Under the pieces are notes generated by a model, which did no database searches, was not told the DNA's origin, and saw only the letters and a program-made list of their open reading frames with translations. A DNA stretch of 64,000 nt, from positions 62,001 through 126,000 of IMG/VR virus record IMGVR_UViG_3300019776_000324. One strand, given 5' to 3'. Of the stretch, positions 28,990 to 40,000 are shown one piece after another. Made by a program: the position numbers and the translations under genes. How positions within the stretch are numbered: the first letter of the stretch is position 1; each line of letters starts with the position of its first letter.

Positions 28990-30186
28990 ATGTCACAAGA
29001 ATTATTAGAAGGTCGTTGGACCGAAACTAAAGATGCATTGCTAGAAGGCCTACAAGGTTCAAAGCGTACATCGATGTCAGTAATCCTCGAAAACACAAAG
29101 AAGTATTTGAAAGAGAACGCAAGTTCTGGTTCAACTGCATCTGGTAACATCGCTACATTAAACCGTGTGATTCTTCCAGTTATCCGTCGTGTTATGCCAA
29201 CTGTTATTGCTAACGAGTTGGTTGGTGTTCAGCCTATGACTGGCCCAGTTGGTCAAATCCATACTTTGCGTGTTCGTTACGCACAGTCATTGAATGATCA
29301 ATCTGCTGCTGCAACTTCTGTTGCTGCTGGTTCAGAAGCATTGAGCCCATTCAATATTGCAACTGCATATTCCACAGTACCACAAAATACTACTACAGCT
29401 ACTGGCTATACTGGTAACAATACTGCTACTATGGAAGGTACAGGCGGTAAGCAAATTTCCGTACAGATCTTGAAACAAGCTGTTGAAGCTAAGACACGCA
29501 AGTTACAAGCTCGTTGGACATTTGAATCTGCTCAAGATGCACAAGCTATGCACGGTATCGATGTAGAAGCTGAAATCATGGCTGCTCTTGCACAAGAGAT
29601 CACAGCTGAGATCGATCAAGAGATCCTCTTGAGCTTGTCTACATTGGCTGCTACTGAGTACACATACAACCAAGCTACTGTATCTGGTACTGCTACATTC
29701 GTTGGTGACGAACACGCTGCTTTAGCTGTTCTTATCAACCGTGTTGCTAACTTGATCGCTCAGCGTACACGTCGTGGCGCTGGTAACTGGGCTGTTGTTT
29801 CTCCAGCTTCATTGACAGTATTGCAATCTGCAACAACTTCAGCTTTTGCTCGCACAACAGAAGGCACTTTCGAAGCACCTACAAACACTAAGTTTGTTGG
29901 TACATTGAACGGCGCAATGCGTGTGTTTGTAAACAGCTACGCTCAAGATACAGCGTCTGTATTGGTTGGTTACAAAGGTACATCAGAAGCTGATGCTCCT
30001 GCGTTCTATTGCCCATACATTCCTTTGATGAGCTCAGGCGTTGTATTAGATCCATCAACTTTCGAACCAGTAGTGTCATTCATGACACGCTACGGTTTCG
30101 TAGAGTTAACCAACACAGCATCAAGCTTCGGTAACGCAGCTGACTATGTTGGCGAGATCGCAGTACAAAACTTGTCATTCTCTTAA
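28990..30186 (+). CDS. gp23: Major capsid protein
   Basis: RRVMPTVIANELVGVQPMTGPVGQI, VEAKTRKLQARWT.E.AQD, FYCPYIPL, TFEP..SFMTRYG. Confidence 0.97.
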   Translation: MSQELLEGRWTETKDALLEGLQGSKRTSMSVILENTKKYLKENASSGSTASGNIATLNRVILPVIRRVMPTVIANELVGVQPMTGPVGQIHTLRVRYAQSLNDQSAAATSVAAGSEALSPFNIATAYSTVPQNTTTATGYTGNNTATMEGTGGKQISVQILKQAVEAKTRKLQARWTFESAQDAQAMHGIDVEAEIMAALAQEITAEIDQEILLSLSTLAATEYTYNQATVSGTATFVGDEHAALAVLINRVANLIAQRTRRGAGNWAVVSPASLTVLQSATTSAFARTTEGTFEAPTNTKFVGTLNGAMRVFVNSYAQDTASVLVGYKGTSEADAPAFYCPYIPLMSSGVVLDPSTFEPVVSFMTRYGFVELTNTASSFGNAADYVGEIAVQNLSFS

Positions 30187-30230
30187 TCCGAGAAGAAAAG
30201 AATCATCCTACCCTTTGGGATGGGAAGAGC

Positions 30231-30256
30231 AAAAAAGCACCGCAAGGTGCTTTTTT
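30231..30256. terminator. Bidirectional intrinsic terminator after gp23
   Basis: AAAAAAGCACC-GCAA-GGTGCTTTTTT between convergent genes. Confidence 0.9.
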
Positions 30257-30273
30257 GTTGACTACATTTTTGT

Positions 30274-31422
30274 TTAAATTTTATACCAGCTTAGATATTT
30301 GTGTACCTTTTCGGTTACACTTGCCCAATCGTCCATTTTGGGTTGGCGGAACAATCTAGCAGTAGTGTACCAAGGGCTTGAATCGCGATCAAGTAACCAG
30401 CGCCAATCTAATCCATATTGATTTAGCATGACCCAGACTGGACGACCTAATGCGCCAGCTAAGTGCGCTACAGCGGTATCTACACTTAAAACAACATCCA
30501 AGTGATGCAATAATCCAGCAGTGTCTGAAAAATCTTTTATACTGCCAGGATAGGCTTTTACACCTGCAGAAACTAAAGTAGCTTCCTCTTCTGCAGTACA
30601 ATCAGTTTGCAAATTAATCCACTCATAGTCAGGATTGCGTTTGATCAACTTTAACATGGTTTCAAATGGCATGGCCTTGTGCAAGTTAATCCAAGTATCT
30701 CTACGACCAGACCAACAAAATCCTACACGCAATCTTTTTTTAGGACCTAGTGTTTCTTGCCACCGTTTAATTTTTCCAGGATCGGCTTCAATGTAATATT
30801 GTACATGACTAAGGTTATCCAGTGTGCAACCAATGATTCCTGGAATACTCATAATTGGAGTCCAGTAATCAAAAGGTGGTATATTATTACCGTCAATTGA
30901 AATATGTGAAATAGCTTTCAATGATCTAAACAATGGTTCTAGACTAGGGTTAACATTTAAAACTACCCGAGCACCTCTAGAAGTAAGGTCTCCAATGAAT
31001 CGTACAAACTGTATGTTGTCGCCATGCCCTTGTTCAGCAATGACCAAGATAGTTTTATCCTTGAGATCCTCGCCGGACCAGCGCGGCTGTGAAAAATTAG
31101 GTAATGCTCCTGCTAAGTGTTCATAATTCCAGCGAGTTTCGTATTGCCGCCAGCCTAATTCATAATTTCCACTTAACAGATAAGCCACAGCAAGATTGAA
31201 GTTAGCAGTAGCATTGGTTGGGTCAAGTGTAAGAGCTCTTTGCAAAAACGGAATAGCACCTGCTGGCTCGCCGCACTCGCGCAGGACATTACCATAGTTG
31301 TTAAATGCGCCAGGATGCTGGCGGTCTTGAATCATTGCTTGTGCGTAGTAGGCTAGTGCGCCTTCGGGATTGCGATCGGCACGACATTGATTGCCGTGTG
31401 CTATTAATAATTCTGTATCCAT
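30274..31422 (-). CDS. TPR-repeat glycosyltransferase (GT9/heptosyltransferase-like C-terminal domain)
   Basis: N-terminal TPRs; EQGHGDNIQFVRF, DFSDTAGL..LDVVLSVDTAVAHLAGALG.P.W, WRW....SPWY; start at 31422 is 5 nt after TAAATA. Confidence 0.85.
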   Translation of the reverse strand: MDTELLIAHGNQCRADRNPEGALAYYAQAMIQDRQHPGAFNNYGNVLRECGEPAGAIPFLQRALTLDPTNATANFNLAVAYLLSGNYELGWRQYETRWNYEHLAGALPNFSQPRWSGEDLKDKTILVIAEQGHGDNIQFVRFIGDLTSRGARVVLNVNPSLEPLFRSLKAISHISIDGNNIPPFDYWTPIMSIPGIIGCTLDNLSHVQYYIEADPGKIKRWQETLGPKKRLRVGFCWSGRRDTWINLHKAMPFETMLKLIKRNPDYEWINLQTDCTAEEEATLVSAGVKAYPGSIKDFSDTAGLLHHLDVVLSVDTAVAHLAGALGRPVWVMLNQYGLDWRWLLDRDSSPWYTTARLFRQPKMDDWASVTEKVHKYLSWYKI

Positions 31423-31477
31423 GATCATATTTAATTACAAGCTAACCGCCCAAAATATTTGTGTAACCATAAATACT

Positions 31478-31560
31478 TGTCAACGCAATAAGGCGTTTTA
31501 TGCAGGTATTAAACCCCCTGCGTAGCGGCTAAAACCCGCATAGGACTTCTTTAAGGAGAA
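31478..31560 (+). promoter_or_regulatory. Structured late 5' leader with three hairpins
   Basis: After TAAATA (31470-31475): AACGC/GCGTT, TATGCAGG/CCTGCGTA and GCGG-CTAAAAC-CCGC stems, then AAGGAG RBS. Confidence 0.5.
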
Positions 31561-31566
31561 AACAAA

Positions 31567-32418
31567 ATGGGTCGTCCACTTAAAATTCAAAAATATTCTG
31601 CGATGTCTGGTATCTTTTATGATAACAACAATCAAGGAACAACAGCTCAAGCTGTAGCAATCGATCAGGGATATCCTCCGTTTGCAGCTCCAACTTCATT
31701 GGATACACCAACAGTAGTACTACCACAACCAGTAACAACTCCAGTTCCGTTTACTGGCGTAGTTGGCGGCCTTCGTGGCGGTGCTGTAAGCGCAACATAT
31801 CCAGTTGTTGAGTGCCAAGTTAATATCGCTAAACCAGATGGTACTGGCTTTGGTGTACACAACGGCGCAATCATCCGTCAAAAAGGTGCTCGCAAGTTTA
31901 TGGTAGTTGACTATACAAGTATTGCTGACGAAGCAATTATTCTTGGCGCAACTTACATGATTGCTAGTTTAGGTAGTACTAATTGGCAGTTATTTGGTGC
32001 TCCTGCTGGTGCAGCAGTTGGTACAATTTTTACTGCTACAGCCGCTGGCTCTAACTCAGGTAACGGAACTGCTTATGCAGTTGGTACTTGTGTATTAGTT
32101 AATGATGGCAGTCCAACAGTTGGTAATATGAGTGTCACTATGGCAGTTGGTGGTGATAGTACTGCTGTTTATATCAGTAAGTTAACTAACAAGTTCGTAC
32201 AAGACTTCAATGGTGGTGAAACAGGCGGCAACGCTAACACCGGTGATGTTTGGGCCGAGACTGATGTTATTGACAACATTGAGTATGCAGCTAACTTCTT
32301 TACAGACGAAAGCACATTTGCTAAATCAGGCGCTGAAGTTGACACATGGGTTGGCACACAACAACCTGGTAGCAACGGTACTCTTGAATTGGCACAAGTT
32401 GAGAAGTATACTTCTTAA
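31567..32418 (+). CDS. Probable abundant virion structural protein (decoration-type)
   Basis: MGRPLK start, IIRQKGARKFMV and ISKLTNK motifs; own late promoter, strong RBS and terminator. Confidence 0.6.
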   Translation: MGRPLKIQKYSAMSGIFYDNNNQGTTAQAVAIDQGYPPFAAPTSLDTPTVVLPQPVTTPVPFTGVVGGLRGGAVSATYPVVECQVNIAKPDGTGFGVHNGAIIRQKGARKFMVVDYTSIADEAIILGATYMIASLGSTNWQLFGAPAGAAVGTIFTATAAGSNSGNGTAYAVGTCVLVNDGSPTVGNMSVTMAVGGDSTAVYISKLTNKFVQDFNGGETGGNANTGDVWAETDVIDNIEYAANFFTDESTFAKSGAEVDTWVGTQQPGSNGTLELAQVEKYTS

Positions 32419-32436
32419 TCTTAGTTGCACTCAAAC

Positions 32437-32466
32437 AATCCCCACTAAGTACTGTGGGGATTTTTT
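32437..32466 (+). terminator. Intrinsic terminator whose loop contains TAAGTA
   Basis: AATCCCCAC-TAAGTACT-GTGGGGATT followed by a T run. Confidence 0.75.
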
Positions 32467-33054
32467 ATGACTAGAGCATTCGTAATAGGCAACGGAATCA
32501 GCAGACAGGAAGTTGATTTACATCAACTGCGACCGCTTGGCACTATCTACGGATGTAATGCACTTTACAGAGAATTTGTACCTGAGGTGTTAGTGGCCAC
32601 AGATAAACCTATTGCTGCACAAATACAGCACAGTGGTTACCCATTGACAAATAAGTTTTACACCAGAAGACCAGAATCAAATACAGGAGCACTACAACTT
32701 CCGCCTGAATACTTTGGATACAGTTCTGGACCAAATGCCTGCGGTCTAGCAGCCCAGACCGGTCATACACAAATCTATTTGCTAGGATTTGATATGGGAC
32801 CAACTGTAGATCAGCGATTTAACAACATTTATGCTGGAACAGAATTTTACAAAACACCAGATTCAAAACCCACTTACACTGGAAATTGGGTTAAACAAAT
32901 AACAAAAATTACAAAAGATTACCCTAATACAAATTTTATTCGAGTATGCGGACCCACAACTGCCAGGATAGCCGAGCTAGAATCGGTTAAAAACCTGGAA
33001 CATCAAGACTTATCAACCTTCTTAGACCGCATAAATAACAAAAAGGATCTATAG
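32467..33054 (+). CDS. Maf/DUF115-like (sialyltransferase-fold) protein
   Basis: AFVIGNGISR, YGCNALYR..P..LVATD, SSGPNA..LA...GH..IYLLGFD motif series. Confidence 0.6.
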   Translation: MTRAFVIGNGISRQEVDLHQLRPLGTIYGCNALYREFVPEVLVATDKPIAAQIQHSGYPLTNKFYTRRPESNTGALQLPPEYFGYSSGPNACGLAAQTGHTQIYLLGFDMGPTVDQRFNNIYAGTEFYKTPDSKPTYTGNWVKQITKITKDYPNTNFIRVCGPTTARIAELESVKNLEHQDLSTFLDRINNKKDL

Positions 33055-33675
33055 ATGTCTACATACAAGAATACCAGTGGCGATTTAACTCTAACCGGCG
33101 ACAGCGGAAATGCCACCCTTACGATTAACTATGCTAATACTGTGTTTAACGGTAGTTTTACCTATACAGGTAACTTGACCACAGTTGATGATTTTATTGT
33201 TGTGGCAGCTAACAATACTGGCACTGTACAAGACATGGGCTTGCTAGTGGGCATTAATGTTACAACTGATACCTATGCTGGATTTAGATTTGACACAGTA
33301 GCAAACACCTGGCAGGTTAGTTCTAGTGTATATGGCAACGGCGCACCACGAACAGCATACGCTAACATTGGTGGTATAGCACTTGGGTCAAACACACAGG
33401 TGCAATACAACAATAACGGTTCTCTTGCTGGCAGTTCAGGATTTACATTTAATCAAACTTCTAATGCAGTAGCAATAGGCGGAGCACTAACAGTTCGCGG
33501 AGTTGAGGTATTAAGTAATGTTGGGACCGCACCAGTTGCAGTAGCTAATTCAGTATCAATCTATAACAATGCACCTGGAACCGGACAGACAGGTTTGTAT
33601 GTAACTGGCAACACTATTGCCACCGACGAAGTCATTAGTGCGACCCGTGCAAAACTTTACAGTATTATATTTTAA
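33055..33675 (+). CDS. Virion structural protein (fibre/baseplate-associated)
   Basis: T/N/G-rich beta protein; GSNTQVQYNNNG module shared with the fibres. Confidence 0.65.
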   Translation: MSTYKNTSGDLTLTGDSGNATLTINYANTVFNGSFTYTGNLTTVDDFIVVAANNTGTVQDMGLLVGINVTTDTYAGFRFDTVANTWQVSSSVYGNGAPRTAYANIGGIALGSNTQVQYNNNGSLAGSSGFTFNQTSNAVAIGGALTVRGVEVLSNVGTAPVAVANSVSIYNNAPGTGQTGLYVTGNTIATDEVISATRAKLYSIIF

Positions 33676-33684
33676 GGAACAAAT

Positions 33685-33996
33685 ATGGCAATTTCAACAG
33701 TAAGCGTTACAACCGTAGGTAACACCGTTTATACTAGTACTGGCAATACAGCCATTACTTGGCTCAGTCTGAACAACTGGGGCCCATCAAATGTAACAGC
33801 AAATGTTTTTGCAGTGCCTAACGGCAATGCCGCAGGAACAACCAATCAGGTTGCGTATGCGTTGTTATTACAAAGTGGTGATACATATCAAATTTATGTT
33901 GGTAATGAAAAATTACTATTAAGCAACGGCGACTTCATTAAAGTTAACGCCACAGCAAACACTGTCAGCGCAGTGACTTCTTATACTTCGGTGTAA
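33685..33996 (+). CDS. Small virion structural protein
   Basis: 103 aa beta-sandwich-like, EKLLLSNGD motif; AAGGA RBS. Confidence 0.65.
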   Translation: MAISTVSVTTVGNTVYTSTGNTAITWLSLNNWGPSNVTANVFAVPNGNAAGTTNQVAYALLLQSGDTYQIYVGNEKLLLSNGDFIKVNATANTVSAVTSYTSV

Positions 33997-34394
33997 TGGG
34001 TTACTTCTTAAAAAATCGTCAGTTACAGTCTGGCAGTAGTGGTGTGGTCTTGCCCACAGGCGGATCGGCTACTCGACCAGACAATGCAGCCTTTGGTATG
34101 ATTCGATATAATACCGATACTGGTTTCTGTGAATTTTTTAATGGATCGTTGTGGCAAAACATGGGTGTTGGTGGCGCAGTTAATTATGTAGTCGATGACT
34201 TCACCGGAAACGGATCACAAACAGTATTCACAATGAGTATTGCCGAAAGCTCCGCCGAACAAATTATTGTATTTGTAGGATCGATATATCAAATTCCAGT
34301 AATCAATTACACAGTTGATGGCGGATACGATATTACCTTTATGAGCGCACCTCCGATTGGTGTTCCAATCAACGTTATACATACCAGTAACTAA
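33996..34394 (+). CDS. Virion structural protein (fibre adaptor modules)
   Basis: LPTG..A.RP....GMIRYNT and FTGNGSQTVF..V.V..IYQ.P..Y modules. Confidence 0.65.
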   Translation: MGYFLKNRQLQSGSSGVVLPTGGSATRPDNAAFGMIRYNTDTGFCEFFNGSLWQNMGVGGAVNYVVDDFTGNGSQTVFTMSIAESSAEQIIVFVGSIYQIPVINYTVDGGYDITFMSAPPIGVPINVIHTSN

Positions 34395-34416
34395 CCAAGG
34401 TATCTAGGAATAATTT

Positions 34417-35871
34417 ATGGCAATCAGTAAAATAGCAGGGCAAATGCTTCAAAGCACTCTTGCAAGAGATGGCAATAACCTCGCGTTCACTGATACTGCA
34501 AATACAACTCCAACTCTTTATTTAGATATTGCCAATACTCGTGTCGGCATCAACACAAACAATCCCAGTGTAGCATTAGAAGTTATTGGCAATATCAAAG
34601 CTAATAATCTTTTCAGCACAAACACAGCATCAATCACAGGCAATGTGATTGTTGGCAATTTGAGTACTGCTGGCAATGTTACGGCTGCTAACTTTTATGG
34701 CAACATCAGTAACACAGCCAATGTTGTAACTAGTGCTAAAATTTTATATGTGGCAACAAACGGCAATGATTCAAATACTGGATCAATTACTGCACCGTAC
34801 TTGACAATCAAGGCCGCAATGGCCGCTGCCACTGCAGGTACTTCTGTGCATGTTGCTCCCGGCACATATACCGAAGTATGCCCAATTACCATTCCTGCTA
34901 ATGTTTCGTTAATGGGCGACAATCTACGCAATGTTGTTATTCAGCCAACTGTGTCGACTGCAGATATGTTTTATGTCGGTGGCGGCAGCTATGTATGGGG
35001 TATAACAATCAAAGGTTACACTGGTAACGGATTCAGTTATGATCCTAGCACAGTAACTACTGCTTTTGTTAGCCCGTACATTCAAAATTTAACATCCAGC
35101 ACTACAACTGGTACTGCTGTTTATATTGACGGTGATAAGTGTACAGGAACCAAAGCTATGATTGTTGGTTTTTTTACAATCATTAACCAAGGCGGCAAGG
35201 GTATACATCTTTTAAATTCTGCATACAGTCAGTTGGTCAACATTTATACTATTGCTTGTGATATTGGTATTCAAGTTGAGTCCGGCGGATTCTGTACACT
35301 CAACGGTAGTGATTGCTCCATTGGCAATTATGGATTGGTTGCTGATGGCTATGGACCATTACAAACCTCCGGAAACATTATAAGTCAGTCGCAAGGAACA
35401 TTTGTAATTGGTACTTTGACAGGCGGACAACCACATGTTAATACTGTTATGGTTATTGCTGGAGATCCTTCATATTACACCATTGACACAATTTTGCCAA
35501 ATGTTCCAGCTGTTGGTAATAGCACAGTGGTAGTTCAAGAAATTTATACAGGCAACGCTGCACCCGGTACCGGCGTAAGTTTTTACACTCGTAGCAGTAT
35601 TATTGCCAGCGCCCATACATTTGAATATGTTGGAGCAGGAACTAATCCAGCTACAGCACTACCGCAATATGGCGGAATACCAATTGAAGCCAACGAAGTT
35701 GTAGCAACCAACGGTGGTGTCGTAACTTATACTGCTACTGATCAAAAAGGTAATTTTAAAGTGGGCGAACAATTTATTGTTAATCAAGCAACAGCAACCA
35801 TCACTGGTGATGCGTTTTATAAGAGTTTGTTTGCTCAAATGACGCCATACATTTTGGCCCTTAGCACATAA
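34417..35871 (+). CDS. Tail spike/fibre with pectate-lyase-like beta-helix
   Basis: LYVATNGNDSNTG....PYLTIKAA, VAPGTYTE..PITIP..VSLMGDNLR, SPYIQN. Confidence 0.7.
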   Translation: MAISKIAGQMLQSTLARDGNNLAFTDTANTTPTLYLDIANTRVGINTNNPSVALEVIGNIKANNLFSTNTASITGNVIVGNLSTAGNVTAANFYGNISNTANVVTSAKILYVATNGNDSNTGSITAPYLTIKAAMAAATAGTSVHVAPGTYTEVCPITIPANVSLMGDNLRNVVIQPTVSTADMFYVGGGSYVWGITIKGYTGNGFSYDPSTVTTAFVSPYIQNLTSSTTTGTAVYIDGDKCTGTKAMIVGFFTIINQGGKGIHLLNSAYSQLVNIYTIACDIGIQVESGGFCTLNGSDCSIGNYGLVADGYGPLQTSGNIISQSQGTFVIGTLTGGQPHVNTVMVIAGDPSYYTIDTILPNVPAVGNSTVVVQEIYTGNAAPGTGVSFYTRSSIIASAHTFEYVGAGTNPATALPQYGGIPIEANEVVATNGGVVTYTATDQKGNFKVGEQFIVNQATATITGDAFYKSLFAQMTPYILALST

Positions 35872-35898
35872 ACATAAGTAATACACAAGGAAAAAAAC

Positions 35899-36234
35899 AT
35901 GTCAGGCGCATTAAACGTATTTAAAACAGTAACAGCAAATGTAACCACTACTCCTACTAGTGTGTATAGTACTCCTATTGGGTATTCATCAGTTGTACTA
36001 ATGGCGCAGATCAGTAATATTGATGTGGCAAATACTATACAGGTAAGTGGTAGTTTGGTAAGATCCGGCAACACCACAGCATTTGTAAAAAATGCCAGTA
36101 TTCCAACCACTGATGCAATTAGCCTTATTACTGGACGACTGATCATGAACTACGGTGATAGTTTTCAAGTAAGCGCCAGTGCTAATGCCAGCGCACAGTT
36201 AACTTTGAGTTTGTTAGAAACATTGACAGGATAA
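35899..36234 (+). CDS. Small virion structural protein (resembles 33685-33996)
   Basis: LNVFKT.., GRLIMNYGD, LSLLET. Confidence 0.65.
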   Translation: MSGALNVFKTVTANVTTTPTSVYSTPIGYSSVVLMAQISNIDVANTIQVSGSLVRSGNTTAFVKNASIPTTDAISLITGRLIMNYGDSFQVSASANASAQLTLSLLETLTG

Positions 36235-36235
36235 C

Positions 36236-36976
36236 ATGGGCGTAAACACCACAAACCTTCTTAGTGGTCGTGCGCAGTTAGTTCCGTATGCTAATCTTAC
36301 TGCCGACAGATATCAGTTTTTAAATTTAAATCAAGCTGAGCCAAGTCTTGGCGCAGGTACTACGGGCAATATACTAACTCTAGGCACCAGTAATTCAAGA
36401 GTTTGGACAAATATTTTAAGTGTGGCATCTGTATCAGCCACGGGCAATGTCACTGGAAATTATATTCTAGGCAACGGTAGCTTCCTTACCGGAGTAGTTA
36501 CTAGTGTGGCCAACATTACTAATGGTACTAGTAATGTTAACATTGCCACAGCCAATGGCAACATTACCATGTCAGTTAATGGCACAAGCAACATAGTTAT
36601 AATCAGCAATATTGCACAATTTACAGGCAATGCAGGAGTTGTAATACCTTATGGAAATACAGCCCAGCGTCCTAGTCCAGCATTAACTGGCACTATACGA
36701 GTCAACACAGAGCTAGCCCAAATTGAGGGATACGACGGCACTGCTTGGGTAGCTGGCGCTACCCTGTCTATTACCAATCAAACATTGAACGGCGATGGAT
36801 CAAACACAACATTTACACTGGATAGATCAACTACTACTGCGGCTGCGCTAGTCATGTTAAACGGTGTTGTGCAGGTACCCGGAGTTGCATATAATGTGAG
36901 TCCTAACCCTAGTACTAATTTAGTGTTTACAGAAGCTCCTGCTGTGTCAGACAGAATAGACATTAGATTCCTATAA
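36236..36976 (+). CDS. Fibre-associated structural protein
   Basis: YILGNGSFLTG, PYGNTAQRP..G.IR.N and GDGSNTTF..NGVVQ.P modules shared with the long fibre. Confidence 0.65.
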   Translation: MGVNTTNLLSGRAQLVPYANLTADRYQFLNLNQAEPSLGAGTTGNILTLGTSNSRVWTNILSVASVSATGNVTGNYILGNGSFLTGVVTSVANITNGTSNVNIATANGNITMSVNGTSNIVIISNIAQFTGNAGVVIPYGNTAQRPSPALTGTIRVNTELAQIEGYDGTAWVAGATLSITNQTLNGDGSNTTFTLDRSTTTAAALVMLNGVVQVPGVAYNVSPNPSTNLVFTEAPAVSDRIDIRFL

Positions 36977-37069
36977 TATTACTTGCAGTTTAAGAAACTT
37001 TTGGGTTACGATAAATAAGTCATAGCCCTGGATTACCACGGCTTTAAGACCCATTAACCGGAGAATATA

Positions 37070-40000
37070 ATGGCCGTAACAAGAATTAATAATAACCAGA
37101 TAACTGATGCATCAGCAGGAAATGCCTATGTTGGTGTAAATGCTGCGGTAAAATTACAGAATTATACAATTACTTCTCAGAAAATTGCAAATAATTTAAA
37201 CTATGGGTCCGATTTAACAATTGCAGGAAATTTAACAGTTAACGGTACAACCACAACAGTTGATACAGTTAATGTGCTAGTTAAAGATCCATTAATTACA
37301 TTAGCTGATGGCCAAACATCTGGCACACCAACACTTGATATCGGTACTATCGGCCTCCGCGGTAGTCAACTATCAGCAGTTATGGCTTGGAAAGAAAGCC
37401 AATTAGAATTCGTTACAGCACTCAGTAACACAACTGTTTCAAACACAACATTTAATATTAGTAGCTACGCCAATCTCCATACTGGTAACTTTATTGTGCA
37501 AGGCACAACCAGTTTAGTTGGAAACATGATTGGAGCAGTTAATGCCACAGGAACAATCACAGGTGGAAACCTAGCTACCCCTGGTACAGTAAGTTCTGGT
37601 GGCAACATCACAGGCGGCAATTTATTAACAGGTGGACTAGTAAGTTCAACTGGTACAATCACTGGTGGCAATTTGGCCACAGGTGGCACTGTAAGTGCTA
37701 CAGGTAACATTACCACTGCTGGATTCTTTGTTGGAACTTTTGCTGGTAGTATCAGTGGCAACGTTACAGCAGCAGGTGCAAATACTCAAGTACAATACAA
37801 CAACAGCGGCAACTTGGCTGCTTCGTCTGCATTTACTTTCAATTCAGCAACCAATGTATTAAGTTTAACAGGCAATGTCCAAGGTGGAAACTTATTAACA
37901 GGTGGACTAGTAAGTTCAACTGGCACAATCACTGGTGGCAATTTGGCCACAGGTGGAACAGCAAGTGCAACAGGAACAATCACTGGTGGCAATTTGGCCA
38001 CAGGTGGAACAGCAAGTGCAACAGGAAATATCACCGGCGGCAACTTGTTAACAGGTGGATTAATATCAGCAACTAGCAATGTTACTTCGGCAGCAAATAT
38101 ATCAGGTGGAAACTTATTAACAGGTGGACTAGTAAGTTCAACTGGCACAATCACTGGTGGCAATTTGGCCACTGGCGGCACAATTAGTTCCACTGGTAAC
38201 ATTACAGGTGGTAACATTTCAGCAACAAACCACACAGGTACAGCAGTTAGCGTAACAGGTGGCGTAACAGCCGCAAGTGTTAGTGGTGGTGTTATTACTG
38301 GAACAAGTACAAGTGTCACTGGCACACAAACTGCCGCTTCAACAGTAGGTGGCGTAATTACTGGAACAAGTACAAGTGTCACTGGCACACAAACTGCCGC
38401 TTCAACAGTTGGTGGAGTAATTACCGGCTCAAGCACAAGTGTTAGTGGTACACAAACTGCTGCAAGTACAGTAGGTGGAGTAATTACTGGATCAAGTTCT
38501 AGTGTTACTGGAAATGTCACTGGTGGCAATGTTAATACAGCAGGCAACATTAGTGCTACAGCTAATATTACAGCTAGTTATTATTTTGGTAACGGTAGTC
38601 AATTAACTGGCGTTACAGCTAGTACTTCTGGTTTCCCGGTCACAGCTGGCACTTCAAATATTGCCGCTGCAACCAACGGCAGCATTGGTATTACTGTAGC
38701 TGGAACAAGTAATGTATTAACCGTTGCTAGTACAGGAACAGTTACAACTGGCACAGCAAGCGTCACTGGTAATATTACGGGTGGTAATATTTCAGCAACA
38801 AATCATACAGGTACCAATGTAAGTGTAACTGGTACACAGACTGCTGCAAGTACAGTAGGTGGTGTAATTACTGGTTCAAGTGTATCAGTAACAGGAAATA
38901 TCACCGGCGGCAACTTAAATTCTGCACAAGTGTACAATGCCACTGCAATGACTATTACTACTAGTGCTGGTAACATTAATCTTAGCCCAGCAGGTAATCT
39001 TGTACTAAACAGCGATTACATTAATAATGTGTTGGATCCAGTTCAACCACAAGATGTGGCAACCAAGGCCTATGTTGACAACTTTGCTACAACCGGCATC
39101 GCGTTCCACACACCAGTTGTTGCTGCTACAACAACCACATTGGCTTCGGCCACGGGTGGTACAATTACTTACACTCAACCCAACGGTGTAGCCAACGGTA
39201 TTGGTGCGTTGTTAACAACAACCGGATCATTTAACTTAATTGATACTGCCAATGTGCAAACAGTTGGCACTCGTATTCTTGTTAAGAACGAAGGCAATGC
39301 TGTGTTCAACGGTATATACACCTGGGCCAATGCTACAAACATTGTTCGTTCAACAGATGCTGACACCTATGGTCCAGACAGTACAACAGACTTGAGTGTA
39401 AACGATTACTTCTTTGTATCCAGCGGTAATGTCAACAGTGGTAGTGCGTATATTGTAAATGCTCCTACAGGCACAATCACATTTGGTACAAGCAACATTA
39501 CATTTGCTCAGTTTAGTCAAGCTCAAACTTACACAGCCAATACACAAGCTGGTTTAAGTTTAACAGGTACTGTATTCAGTGCCAAGATAGATAACAACAC
39601 TACAGCATTTGACGGTAACGGTAATATTATTGTTAAAGCTGGCGCAAATTTAACCACACCTAACATTGGTGCAGCCACTGGTACTAGTCTTAGTGTTACA
39701 GGTACAGTAACAGCTGCTAGTACAGTAGGTGGTGTAATTACAGGTTCAAGTTCTAGTGTTACTGGAAATATAACTGGTGGTAATATTGCTACTGGTGGAA
39801 CAATTAGCGCAACTGGCAACATCACTTCTTCTGGTAATGTTTCAGCTGCTACCCATATTGGTACCGCAGTTAGTGTCACTGGTGGTGTAACAGCCTCATC
39901 AGTTGCAGGCGGTGTTATTACAGGAACAAGTACAAGCGTTACCGGTTCACAAACAGCCGCTAGTACTGTGGGTGGTGTAATCACTGGTAGTTCTGTTTCA

